This document shows, in pieces, positions 7,501-15,567 of a stretch of 64,000 bases of DNA (position 1 is the first letter of the stretch; the number at the start of each line of letters is the position of its first letter). Source of the stretch: Candidatus Micrarchaeota archaeon (GTDB taxonomy: Archaea; Micrarchaeota; Micrarchaeia; Norongarragalinales; SBBD01). The notes under the pieces were generated by a model that was not told the origin of the DNA, made no database searches, and saw only the letters and a list, made by a program, of their open reading frames with translations. The translations under genes were made by a program, and so were the position numbers. The stretch covers positions 70,527-134,526 of the forward strand of contig JAHJQN010000001.1 of assembly GCA_018819225.1 (NCBI GenBank). The letters are read 5' to 3'.

Positions 7501-10370
7501 GTTGCAGAAGTACATTGGTTTCCAATGCACTGCATCGTATCAGAGCAAGCGTCCGAGGGATTGCTTTCGCTCCAAGAGCAGCAGACTTGATCGAACAATC
7601 CGCAAGCAGTGCATTCGCCGTTGTCGCAAATGAGGCTTTCATCGCACGAGTTGCCGCCGCAGCAGCTCTCTCCTTGTTCGCCACAATCCTCGGTCCGGCA
7701 AATGCCTCCTCCTTCCGGTTGAGAGGAATCGCAGAATTGCTGCAGGGGATCGCAAACCGGAACGCATTGCGCGGGATCGCTGCAGGAATCCGAGGGCTCG
7801 CAGCTCTTGCTGCCTCCATCCTCGCAGCACACATCGTTATCCGTGCAGTAGAGAGACGTCGAACCGCACGAGGTGGGGAACGTGCAAATGTCGGAAAGGC
7901 ATTGATAGCCGGCATCGCAAGCGAAATCGGGTGCGTCGCGCGTGCTGCAACACGCCTGGCCGAATTGCCCGCACGAAAGCACGGCAAAGTTTTCGGACAA
8001 CGTGTTGGCCGCGCACCACGGCCGGCCTTCGATCCCGTAATGGTTTCCGAGCCCTTCATCTTCCGGAGTGCGGTAGTAAACGCCGCTATCGGATGCGTAG
8101 GCTCGGTAATGAACGGATAAGTTCTCCATGTTTTCGACGTCGGGTTTCACGCGGATCCAGTACGCGACCTCTCGCGGGCCCGTGAAATCGTATTCCGCGT
8201 TCACCCAAGCGAGTTGATACGCGGCTCCTCCCGTATAATCAATGGAACAAACGCTCGAGGAAACGTTGCCGGAGAAGTTGCCGTCACCGCGAAGCACGAA
8301 CGAACCCGATACGTTTAAGGGAATTTCTTGGTGAGAGTGATTCACGATATGCCCGACTTCCTCATAATCAGGGGTTTGCAGGCGCACGAAAACGCCGCGC
8401 GTACTCACCCCTTCCCGGAAGTACACGGAGAATTTCGCAAGGTAGTACTGATCCGCAATCAATTGGGTAACGGGGTCCAATGAGGCGTCACTCATGCCCG
8501 CGAACGCGATGCGAACAATGCTGTCATCGTCCAAGCGAATTAGAATAGCGGTTTGTTCGGATACGTTGTCCGCGGGAACGGTTTTCGCGGGAATGTTTTT
8601 CCTCCACTCGCGGTAAAGCGGCGCGTTAACCGTGAGATTCAAGCGCTTGTCCACGCGCACGAGCATGTCGCAAGACTCTGCATTGGCGGCTTCGCAGCTC
8701 GCGTGCAGCGCGCTTTCGCCCGTGCCGGCAAGATAGACGGCTGCCGAAAACGTGGTAATCGTGTTGTTGTCAAAATCCTTGGCGTAGACGCGAATGGTTC
8801 CGCGCGGGTTGAGCAACGTGAGATTGATGTCATCGCTTCCCGAAGAAAGGTCCGCTGAAGCATTACCTTTCAGGGAACCGTACGAGCCTTTTACGGTTAA
8901 TAGGGAGCGCGGCAATCCTGCAATGGTATCCGAGCCGCGTGTGATGCGCACGTTGAAGGGAGGAATCCATTCGTTATCGGTATCAAAGAACGCGATGGAA
9001 ACGGATTTCGTTATTTTTTGGCCGTCTTCATCATAAGTGGAAATGGTGAGGTTGCCGGAATTCAAGGAAGTGGCTTTGGCGAGCAGAATGGTCTTGGATT
9101 CTCCTGCAAAGAAGCGCAGTGTTTTTCCGGGAAGATACCCGTCCTTGTAGGCGACCGCGTAATACGAGCGAGCGGGAGCCAAAATAGCCGAGAGTTCGGA
9201 TTTGCCGGTGGTTTCTTTCGCGACCGTGAAATTGCCTTCGCCTTCGCCGGCTTCAATAATGGCGATGTATGCGGTAATGGATTTGCCTTGCTCGTCCTGA
9301 ATTTTGATGAGCGAACGTTCGCCGCCGACCAAAGGAAGCAACGTGAGTGAAACCGTCATGCTGCGTTTCAACGTCACGGTTTTCACCGCGCGATCGTAAT
9401 CATCCAATTCGGCAACGATCTTGACTTCGGTGCCGACATCCAGCGAAGTAACGGTGGCGGTTCCGAAACGCGTATCCGTTTCAGCGAGCAACGCGTTGGT
9501 TTCCGCGTCGCGAATCACGACGTGCGCATCCAAGGCATTTCCATCATCGTCTTTCGTGTTGATCGTGATCGTGGCCCGGTCGGAGGGCTCGGAAGGCGGG
9601 GGATTCGGGCCGTCGTTGCGTTCTTGCCGCATGAAAATCTTTTTCGAAAGCCCTTCATCGGCCGTAAATGAAATCGTCTTGGTTTCATAGCCTTCAAGGG
9701 ACGCGGTAACGGTGACCGTGGCGCCAATGATTACGTGGATAACGGCTTTGCCTTCCAAGTTCGCTCGCTCGCTGTTGGAAACCAATTGACCGGCATTGTT
9801 CGCGTACTCGAACTGAAGTTCCACTTGCGGCAGAGGACGCTCTTGGAAATCAGTGACAAGAAGCGTCACTCCGACGATGTTGCTTTCAAGATTGAAAGAG
9901 AGAGAGTTGCGTTGTCCGATGACGAAGAATTGTTCGACCTCGCGGAAGCCCGATTTGGATACCTTGATGGTGACCTTCTCGCCTTTCGGCAAGCCCGCGA
10001 ACTCGACTTCGCCGTCAATGGTTTCCCCCGAACGCTCGAATTCCGTGCCCGTGAGTTCCACGAGCGCGCCATTGACTTTTCCTTCCTCGGACAACACGGT
10101 GATTTTAACGCTGGAGGATTGGGAAAGCATGGGCCCTAGAAGAACGAACATTACCGTTCCGAAAAACAAGAGAACGATGAGCGCAAAAATCGGGAAGGAG
10201 GGAATGCCGCGTTTTTCAAAAGGCTCGAGAAAGAAACGCGCGAAAGGAATGTGATGCGCTTCCAGCCACTCCGCCATCTTGTAATACTGTTCTTCCACGG
10301 ATTCGTAAGCTCCTTTGACCCGAATCGATAGATCATTGAATGCGTTTTTGAGTGTCTCTTGAGGATCCAT
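1590..10370 (-). CDS. Giant (~2,926 aa) membrane-anchored, cysteine-rich surface protein
   Basis: Long ORF (track start 10379 TTG; ATG at 10370 preferred). N-terminal TM (PIFALIVLLFFGTVMFVLLG), several carboxypeptidase-regulatory-like repeats, a ~1,000-aa Cys-rich repeat region (about 4890-7973) and a Cys-containing C-terminal region. Confidence 0.9.
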   Translation of the reverse strand: MDPQETLKNAFNDLSIRVKGAYESVEEQYYKMAEWLEAHHIPFARFFLEPFEKRGIPSFPIFALIVLLFFGTVMFVLLGPMLSQSSSVKITVLSEEGKVNGALVELTGTEFERSGETIDGEVEFAGLPKGEKVTIKVSKSGFREVEQFFVIGQRNSLSFNLESNIVGVTLLVTDFQERPLPQVELQFEYANNAGQLVSNSERANLEGKAVIHVIIGATVTVTASLEGYETKTISFTADEGLSKKIFMRQERNDGPNPPPSEPSDRATITINTKDDDGNALDAHVVIRDAETNALLAETDTRFGTATVTSLDVGTEVKIVAELDDYDRAVKTVTLKRSMTVSLTLLPLVGGERSLIKIQDEQGKSITAYIAIIEAGEGEGNFTVAKETTGKSELSAILAPARSYYAVAYKDGYLPGKTLRFFAGESKTILLAKATSLNSGNLTISTYDEDGQKITKSVSIAFFDTDNEWIPPFNVRITRGSDTIAGLPRSLLTVKGSYGSLKGNASADLSSGSDDINLTLLNPRGTIRVYAKDFDNNTITTFSAAVYLAGTGESALHASCEAANAESCDMLVRVDKRLNLTVNAPLYREWRKNIPAKTVPADNVSEQTAILIRLDDDSIVRIAFAGMSDASLDPVTQLIADQYYLAKFSVYFREGVSTRGVFVRLQTPDYEEVGHIVNHSHQEIPLNVSGSFVLRGDGNFSGNVSSSVCSIDYTGGAAYQLAWVNAEYDFTGPREVAYWIRVKPDVENMENLSVHYRAYASDSGVYYRTPEDEGLGNHYGIEGRPWCAANTLSENFAVLSCGQFGQACCSTRDAPDFACDAGYQCLSDICTFPTSCGSTSLYCTDNDVCCEDGGSKSCEPSDSCSDPAQCVPVCDPLQQFCDSSQPEGGGICRTEDCGEQGESCCGGNSCDESLICDNGECTACGLFDQVCCSWSESNPSDACSDTMQCIGNQCTSATFCGSQENACVGATVCCKDEEYLGQCTLHSVCNDPVICDPLCSEDQYCDASDLENPLCRACDAEHCPLGEPGGMCDPSEQNACPSGYICLQNPGSELGTCTPCGQDNQACCAGDSCSLGLECVNGQCGTCGGMDEACCPGNVCDAPLTCQDSQHGYVCTTPTVCGISQEICTPDVPLCCITDEQTGEGECVANEAACDGVLSSCEPPCTGITYCDATELPASCAPCADLLRENPDQIGDVCPGYCNVFGTLYCEPEGGQQFYCPHYPEGSICQECGQEGQDCCPIAQDQSERSICEGDNLFCTSDSICAERIACGNDVCSGEEECCLTQGGLTCTTDLNACILGPFECDPACQAANNQDFCQVFLGPPTEAACVHCSTLPMNHPMFQLFCADFYCDDSHRTCSTDEFCTTENVCAPLELECTESADCGTFGPNYYCNGANFCEECYQTEQCISPEYGYSPDYRCIQRDDQPPYVRGVCVDIPECSTNEQCREWMNNETFVCAEGVCAPEWYQCLVSTDCEENQLCDGWVCRDITCDDIEICDPGFHCDPDLVECVEDVGPPPTECGGFSEACCSGADPCDYWMQCIGGSCTYPTVCGDSSEACQDNEVCCESGGAKSCTPAAQCTGGFTVSECTPVCDLEDEYCDSTGVNGRCKDAEPICSALDQYCRQANACDQFLLCNQDAYCVDCGEFGQQCCDFGPACGAGYQCWGPSDPDGRICASPTFCGSSENECLGETVCCGSGSHAGECVLENACNDIRQCDPYCEINEYCDSVNLNNDPACKTCDGEHCELGGNNQLCDPNAPQPCDNTNFRCIVSDETIPLGICSACGYETGPCCGSDSCVSDDLVCDTLNASFGQDPFGGSVPDDNIGACEVGNTLCRFGNCITIYFSQYQQCTDPDQSQTGSCQLVPTNGRGGPGFEAHSMKNCDSERCDERQLRIRYVIEPYQLGDSQILTFDFDARPYPFLRFTHGLCGGGQSIDIGEDSIEIPLNNPDCLTGTLFATPWEPTTRVAFTARFYDPENPTRITEFPTHLAVMEGTPQRNPSPLENYLSCNELTLVAINGPRGPYIESSCEKIVFQVDSIFPADAIKADFSGLYKPGLCEGTSYIKFYKDGDLQKPVHTCFVMGTGMGGDAIRYHPTNDAGCAFNSHSMELLEGNVEMQVKCELNGEVLKTIDIEIVKGSTVESVPAIDISTIGYKDAYTGIIPHPYSYYDYNRESESPLRTVYVTDNRQLKGQGDIVKVGQYVPSGNKYLFEGPTAYRSDQGRTSLFTWNKDDESSFGAYLNPRSNVVAGDRTPKIKTVTVPYAEESLSRKIHQQAALDAYYGAGWQTDLERCLAGCDADFLECMDQPDAHRGTCSWQRNQCSLQCYVDHPDELPPNPEEDLDEVQYMKNVLDDFTDYAREVSRKTAFRRAYGYSIWCTKPADELVPADYFNTDICRSLVEDWQDLIVDTGTIEAPCTFCHDTYANTYGQNPTAAELDYCDIRCDDNNGIECDLVSTTDYCAMVDDTATPQFMLGVDCNIHEECIGNCPGDPDYDPNSPSQYEYTFECVAAHPPASGSFSFFREIPASGPDDEPPEFLPFDCQISEENGNCYIPCEGKDVLESNDYCGDVGLCSECRPDGYKTVELEPIYVFTWLNETALHEILVDAFEIDPQSPYKYFVNSPAAKPFEFSMAFQASGNELFNALQDLHDVDYSTNVNQLRNDNPRCTARLGVYNLQTRSQDGEVWQYSGQYKYHIDPLMLQTNYPRYWTDDGAPEGGSGDDDPCGAVKACNLFDPAAAGITPGGTWGTGALRNEFDNLQTNCFAFEWPIVPDYRGADHPIRKPKTDGDEFEHFKTVDVTSDWRKMGFLNIDDGMGNMQYNTNYWFMVHPASQNSNQFLSVYLSRLARWGKSGGSCGLAGKKTRSASFDIVLPYNIDNYPNVFSFVPWGESAWCHNGHNACGTNGCCTDQGYPSSYDRYDGFKQCK

Positions 10371-10415
10371 ACGAGCCAAACCAACGCAAAAGTTGAAACG
10401 AATTTATCAAATGGG

Positions 10416-10438
10416 TTATAAAGTTACCCTTTATAAAG
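10416..10438. promoter_or_regulatory. Back-to-back TATA-like boxes between divergent genes
   Basis: TTATAAAG-TTACC-CTTTATAA(AG) is an inverted repeat lying between the starts at 10370(-) and 10470(+). Confidence 0.55.
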
Positions 10439-10469
10439 CTTGTAAGAGAGCGAAACGCGGGGAAACGGA

Positions 10470-11909
10470 ATGGACAATGATTTTTCTGTAGAGACGACGA
10501 AAGAAATCGCTATTCCGAAGGATCCGCTGGGCCAAGTGATTGGACAAGAGCAGGCCGTGCGCATCGCCAAAATCGCGGCCAGGCAGCGAAGACACTTGTT
10601 ATTAGTGGGCCCGCCCGGGATCGGGAAAAGCATGATCGCGCAAAGCATAGCGTATCACTTGCAGCCGCCCACGCAAGAAATCTCCGTGCTGCACAACCCC
10701 GGCAACCCCGAACGCCCGCTCGTGGAAGTGAGGGACGTGAAAGACATTGCAAAGGAGAAGAACCTCGAGAAAAGCATTCAAGGCAAGTTCGTGGACGGCC
10801 AACAAATTCCGGCATTTGTGGCCGAGAAACTGGGATTCCGCTGCCGGAAATGCGGTCGCGCTGGAAAAGCAACCGAGGATTCGTGTTCGCATTGCGGGGC
10901 AGAAAAATACCGTCAGGAATATTCTCCGTTTGGGGATTTGTTGTTCGATCGATCGCCGGCGCCGCAACATCCGCAACGCGTGCACACCACGCGCATGAAC
11001 GAGGATGGAAGGGAAGAAGTGATCGTGTACGAGCGGATGGGCGAGCGCGTGCGCATCCTGGATCAACGAGCGCTCGAACGCATGGACGCCTTGAAGCAAC
11101 GAAAACCGCGCAAAGTGATTATTCCGCTGGAGCGCAACAACTTCATCATTGCGACCGGGGCTTCGGAAACCGAATTGTTGGGAGACGTGCGTCATGATCC
11201 GTACGGAGGCCACCATCAAATCGGGGTGCATCCGTACGCGCGCGTCGTGGCTGGCGCGATTCACGAGGCGCACGAAGGCGTGTTGTTCGTTGACGAACTG
11301 TCGACCATGAACTACTTGCAGCGGTTCTTGTTTACGGCCATGCAGGAACGAAAGTATGCGATTGTGGGAAGAAATCCGCAAAGCAGCGGGGCGAGCGTGA
11401 AAGTCCCGGACGTTCCATGCGAGTTCATGATGATCGCGGCCAGCAACATCAACGACCTGCAATACATTCTCCCTCCCTTACGCTCGCGCATCGTGGGAAG
11501 CGGGTATGAGGTGTTGTTGGATACGTACATGCCGGACACGAAAGAAAACCGGGCGAGCCTGCTTCAGTTTATTGCACAGGAAATTCGAAAGGATGGAAAG
11601 ATCCCGCACGCGTCCATTGAAGCCGCCGAACGCATCATTGAAGAAGCGCGGTTGAAAGCACTCCATAATGATGATGCGACGAATTCGTTAACGCTGCGTT
11701 TCCGTGATTTGAGCGGTATCGTGCGATTGGCAGGAGACATCGCGGTCGTGGAAGATGCGGAGAAGATTGAGAAACCGTTTGTTGAAACCGCTATCGAGCG
11801 CATGAAAAGCATTGAAGAGCAATTAAAAGACAAGTACGGGAGCATATGGAAAGCAGGCGCTAGCGAATTTGCCAAGCCGGACAAGCGCGACTTGACGGAA
11901 GTGAGATAG
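10470..11909 (+). CDS. Archaeal LonB-family AAA+ ATPase lacking the protease domain, with a Zn-ribbon insert
   Basis: N-terminus ETTKEIAIPKDPLGQVIGQEQA; Walker A GPPGIGKS; LLGDVRHDPYGG; GAIHEAHEGVLFVDE; GRNPQSSGA. CRKC...CSHC sits where LonB has TM helices. The ORF ends before any Ser-Lys protease domain. Confidence 0.88.
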   Translation: MDNDFSVETTKEIAIPKDPLGQVIGQEQAVRIAKIAARQRRHLLLVGPPGIGKSMIAQSIAYHLQPPTQEISVLHNPGNPERPLVEVRDVKDIAKEKNLEKSIQGKFVDGQQIPAFVAEKLGFRCRKCGRAGKATEDSCSHCGAEKYRQEYSPFGDLLFDRSPAPQHPQRVHTTRMNEDGREEVIVYERMGERVRILDQRALERMDALKQRKPRKVIIPLERNNFIIATGASETELLGDVRHDPYGGHHQIGVHPYARVVAGAIHEAHEGVLFVDELSTMNYLQRFLFTAMQERKYAIVGRNPQSSGASVKVPDVPCEFMMIAASNINDLQYILPPLRSRIVGSGYEVLLDTYMPDTKENRASLLQFIAQEIRKDGKIPHASIEAAERIIEEARLKALHNDDATNSLTLRFRDLSGIVRLAGDIAVVEDAEKIEKPFVETAIERMKSIEEQLKDKYGSIWKAGASEFAKPDKRDLTEVR

Positions 11910-12739
11910 TGGTCGTGACAAGAAACGAAGAGGAGGGAAGAAGGGACCACGCGCAGGCATTGGCGAAACGATTGTTGGAAAGTGGTCTTGAAAAAGAAAT
12001 CGCGGTCTCCGTTCCCCTGAAAAAAAGGGCGGGTGGCGGAAACGCTACGTTTATTTACAAAGTGGTACAGCGCACCCCCCGGTTCCTCATTGTTCGCGGG
12101 GAAAGGCGCCGTAGGGCCGGTCATACGCTCGCGGAATCCGAATTCAGCGATGACGTGCGGCCCGTATTTTTTTATATGCCCGCCGACCTCCGACAGGCGA
12201 ACGCCATGGTCAACGTATCACATCGCAGCGATCTCTCGGATGTGAACCAGTTCTTGGCCCCATTCGCGATCGGCTTTTTTCGTGCTCATGAGCGCTATCA
12301 CTCCCTGGAGATCCGCGAAGTGCAGGGGAATTTCGTTCCGCGACATTTAGACTCGAATTCCAGAAGAACGGTTCGCGCCCATTCGGGATGGCGGCACCGG
12401 CTGTTTTGCCACGCCGTCCAATATGCGGATGCGAGGAACAAGCGCTTGGTATTGGATTTGGCGGGCATTCACCGGGAAATGGAACTCGACCGCAACAGAA
12501 AAACGGCAACAGTGATTTCGGGAAGCAAGGACGTTCTGCGACAGTTCAAGTCGGCGGTGGAACGAGAAAAAAGGGGTATTGAGTATGGAGAAGTTCATGC
12601 GAACGAGAAACAATATGAAAGATACCGGGTGAAACGCGGATTCAGTGCCGGTACGCTTTTATACATCATGAACACCATTTTCAAACGAGAAATTCCGAGA
12701 ATAACGGTCATTCGACCGCAGGAAGAAGGAAGCGATTAA
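11909..12739 (+). CDS. Hypothetical Arg-rich protein
   Basis: 276-aa ORF whose GTG overlaps the Lon-like stop codon and whose stop overlaps the purE stop, filling the gap exactly. No family recognised. Confidence 0.6.
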   Translation: MVVTRNEEEGRRDHAQALAKRLLESGLEKEIAVSVPLKKRAGGGNATFIYKVVQRTPRFLIVRGERRRRAGHTLAESEFSDDVRPVFFYMPADLRQANAMVNVSHRSDLSDVNQFLAPFAIGFFRAHERYHSLEIREVQGNFVPRHLDSNSRRTVRAHSGWRHRLFCHAVQYADARNKRLVLDLAGIHREMELDRNRKTATVISGSKDVLRQFKSAVEREKRGIEYGEVHANEKQYERYRVKRGFSAGTLLYIMNTIFKREIPRITVIRPQEEGSD

Positions 12740-13176
12740 AGTTTCTTCTTATACGATACGAGTTTCGCGCGCAATTCCTTATCGTGCAAGGCAAACATTT
12801 TCACGCATGCATAAGCGGCATTCTCGGGTTCTAAAATGGTGACGACGCCCATGTTCGAGGGCATGCGCAGAGAAGAAAGCACGTCCAACCCCGCATATTT
12901 CTCGGAATACGGAGGGCAGTTGATGACCGGGTTAAGGGTATTGCCTTCAATGACGCCTCCGAGAGCGTTCGAGCGACCGGCAACGGCTATGTAAACGACG
13001 TGGTTCGCGGAGGCGTCATGCTTTTCCACCAATGCCAACGTTTTGCGCGTGTTCTTGTGCGCGCTCGCGACGTGCATTTCGCTCGGAACGCCAAATTCAG
13101 CGAGTTTTTTTTCAATGCGCTTTCCGTGACCTTCATCGGAACGCGATCCCAACACGATAACGACCTGGTAATTCAT
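12736..13176 (-). CDS. purE: AIR carboxylase (class II PurE-like)
   Basis: LGSRSD, VASAHK, IAVAGRSNALGG, PVINCPP, SSLRMPS and PENAA motifs. Confidence 0.93.
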   Translation of the reverse strand: MNYQVVIVLGSRSDEGHGKRIEKKLAEFGVPSEMHVASAHKNTRKTLALVEKHDASANHVVYIAVAGRSNALGGVIEGNTLNPVINCPPYSEKYAGLDVLSSLRMPSNMGVVTILEPENAAYACVKMFALHDKELRAKLVSYKKKL

Positions 13177-13187
13177 TCCCGTTCACC

Positions 13188-13919
13188 TTATTCAACGAAT
13201 TTTCTCGAAATTTCAGTTGCTTTCTCGAAACCCTTGAGCACCGCATCCATGCCCGCGACCCCGTCGCGGTAAAGCTGCTTGTCCAGCATGTTCTCTTTCT
13301 TTCCGCCCGGCCAGATGCGCCAGCTATTGTTCGTAATGTCGTCCCCGATTAACAGCTTTCCTTGCGCATCGCGTCCGAACTCGATTTTGAGATCCACGAG
13401 CGAAATAGTTTGTTTCGCAAACGCTTTTTCGATGATCTCGAACACGCGCAGCGCCGTCTTTTTAATTTCCTGCAGTTCTTCTTCCTTTGCCACGTTCAAC
13501 GAAACCGCGTGATCGTTGTTGATGAAGGGATCGTGCCGGGCGTCATCCTTCAAGAACAATTCAAACACGAGGGGATCGAAGCGCTGGCCTTCTTGGAACG
13601 GAAGGCGTTTGATCAAAGAGCCCGTGGCGAGCCTCCGGGAAACGCATTCCAACGGAATCATCTTCATTTTTTTTACGATAAGGTATCCGGGTTCAGGGGC
13701 TTCGACATAATGGGAAGCCATTCCATTTTTCTTCAATAGCTCGAATACATTTTTGGTTGTTTCCCAATCCAAAATTCCTTTTCCTTTCAACACGTCGTGT
13801 TTCGCACCGTCTCCCGCCGTAATATCGTCTTTAAAGAACATGATCGCCAGATCAAGATCAGAGGGGTGAGCGTAAATGGCTTTCGTTTTTCCTTCGCCGA
13901 GTTTTTCTCCGAATGGCAT
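13188..13919 (-). CDS. purC: SAICAR synthetase
   Basis: EGKTKAIY, FKDDITAGDG, MIPLECVSR, KDDARHDP, LVDLKIEFG, SWRIWP and DKQLYR motifs. Start placed at ATG 13919, after a GGTGA SD-like sequence. Confidence 0.95.
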   Translation of the reverse strand: MPFGEKLGEGKTKAIYAHPSDLDLAIMFFKDDITAGDGAKHDVLKGKGILDWETTKNVFELLKKNGMASHYVEAPEPGYLIVKKMKMIPLECVSRRLATGSLIKRLPFQEGQRFDPLVFELFLKDDARHDPFINNDHAVSLNVAKEEELQEIKKTALRVFEIIEKAFAKQTISLVDLKIEFGRDAQGKLLIGDDITNNSWRIWPGGKKENMLDKQLYRDGVAGMDAVLKGFEKATEISRKFVE

Positions 13920-13924
13920 GCGAA

Positions 13925-15211
13925 TCACCTAAAAAGCGTTTGGTCCCTCTTGGGGCCGTATGAAATGGAAAGCGCGGGAATCCCCAGTTCTTTTTCGATG
14001 TACCGAACATAGTTCTGCGCGTCCTTGGGTAGAGATGAAACCCCTTTGCCGGAAAGCGCCTGCGGTAATTCGAAACCCGGGTGCTTTTCATAAACGGGTT
14101 TCGCGTGCTCGAGATCCGCCATGTTCGCCGGGAATTCCGGAATGCGTTTTCCTTTAACCGTGTAGTGCGTGGCCACGTGAATCTCCGGCAACCCCGAAAG
14201 CACGTCAAGTTTAGTTAAATGAAACCCGTGCAAGCCGTTTACGCGCACCGCGTATTTCAGTAATGGAAGGTCCAGCCAGCCCACGCGACGCGGTCGTCCC
14301 GTCGTGGTGCCGTATTCGCCGCCTTGCTCGCGCAATTGATCCGCTAACTCGCCGGATATCTCGGTTGGAAACGGGCCGTTGCCGACGCGCGTCGTATACG
14401 CCTTGATAACGCCTTCCACTTTTTCAAGCGATCGGGCCGGAATGCCGGCGGAGGAAGCGGCATGGGAAGCAAGGGTTCCCGTAGAAGTAACAAACGGATA
14501 GGTTCCGAACCGGTTATCGAGGAAAGTGCCTTGCGCGCCTTCGAATAAAATGCGTTTGTCTTTCTGAATGGCTTGATGAATCTCCGTCGAGACATCACAG
14601 GCGTACGGCACCAATTTTTTCGAAAATGCTTCGAGCTGGCGCACGACTTCCCATTCCTTGTCCTTTTCCGCCAACGGAGTGCGATAGGCTTTTTCGAGCA
14701 GCAAATGATAGAATGCGTGGGCGTCATGCACGCGGCGACGCAAGCGCTCGGAATCCAGGAAATCCTCTAAACGCAATCCGATGCGCGAAGCCTGGTCCGC
14801 ATAACACGGCCCTATTCCTCTTCCCGTGGTTCCGATTTTCTCCGCGGCCTGCGCTTCCTTCGCGGCATCCGCGAGTTTGTGCCAAGGAAGGACAATGGAG
14901 CAGCGGTAATCAATACCTAATTGTTTCGGGGTAACGCGAATGCCTCGTTCCTCGAGATCTTGAATCTCTTTTACGATCGTCTCGGGATCAAGGGCAACGC
15001 CTGAAGCGAGCAGGCTGCGCGTTTTGGAGTGCAAAATCGCGGAGGGAAGCAAATGCAGTTTGTATACTTCTTCTCCGACAGAAACCGTGTGGCCTGCATT
15101 GGCGCCTCCGTTAAAACGCACCACGAGATCGGATTCCGCAGCAAGCACGTCAACGAGTTTTCCTTTTCCTTCGTCGCCCCACTGAGTGCCTATGAGTACG
15201 CTGACCGGCAT
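13925..15211 (-). CDS. purA: Adenylosuccinate synthetase
   Basis: QWGDEGKGK, GGANAGHT, IGTTGRGIGP, FEGAQG and EYGTTTGRPRRVGWLD motifs. Confidence 0.98.
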   Translation of the reverse strand: MPVSVLIGTQWGDEGKGKLVDVLAAESDLVVRFNGGANAGHTVSVGEEVYKLHLLPSAILHSKTRSLLASGVALDPETIVKEIQDLEERGIRVTPKQLGIDYRCSIVLPWHKLADAAKEAQAAEKIGTTGRGIGPCYADQASRIGLRLEDFLDSERLRRRVHDAHAFYHLLLEKAYRTPLAEKDKEWEVVRQLEAFSKKLVPYACDVSTEIHQAIQKDKRILFEGAQGTFLDNRFGTYPFVTSTGTLASHAASSAGIPARSLEKVEGVIKAYTTRVGNGPFPTEISGELADQLREQGGEYGTTTGRPRRVGWLDLPLLKYAVRVNGLHGFHLTKLDVLSGLPEIHVATHYTVKGKRIPEFPANMADLEHAKPVYEKHPGFELPQALSGKGVSSLPKDAQNYVRYIEKELGIPALSISYGPKRDQTLFR

Positions 15212-15378
15212 TCGAACCCCTCAATACTACCTCATTGCGCGCAAATTAAAAAGGCTATGGAAAAACGCCGCGTATCCTTTTACAAAAGCCTTAAAAAAGG
15301 GCGGAAGCAGAATCACCCTATACTGCTTCTGAAGGAGCAAACAAGCTAAAAGATAGAATGCGAGACAGGTTGAACAGT

Positions 15379-15564
15379 ATGGTTACAAAATGCGATCGGT
15401 GTCACAAGGACGCTCACTTCCTTGAAGGATGCATGACGTGCCAGTTGAATATTTGCCGCGCGTGCCAAAAAAGCACGAAGAATGCGGCGAACCACAAGCG
15501 GGCCGTCATCTGCAAGACCTGCTGGGGAATAATCCCCAAGCGCAAGCAATGGGAACAGGCTTAA
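15379..15564 (+). CDS. Small Cys-rich zinc-finger protein
   Basis: MVTKCDRC...CMTC...CRAC...CKTCW: four CxxC pairs in 61 aa; ends 3 bp before the next gene. Confidence 0.75.
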   Translation: MVTKCDRCHKDAHFLEGCMTCQLNICRACQKSTKNAANHKRAVICKTCWGIIPKRKQWEQA

Positions 15565-15567
15565 ACC

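Noticed and set aside
4980-7973. Duplicated Cys-rich blocks as the template/variable repeats of a diversity-generating retroelement
   Set aside because: Both copies are coding, differ at all base types and by indels rather than only at adenines, and no reverse transcriptase is present in the window.
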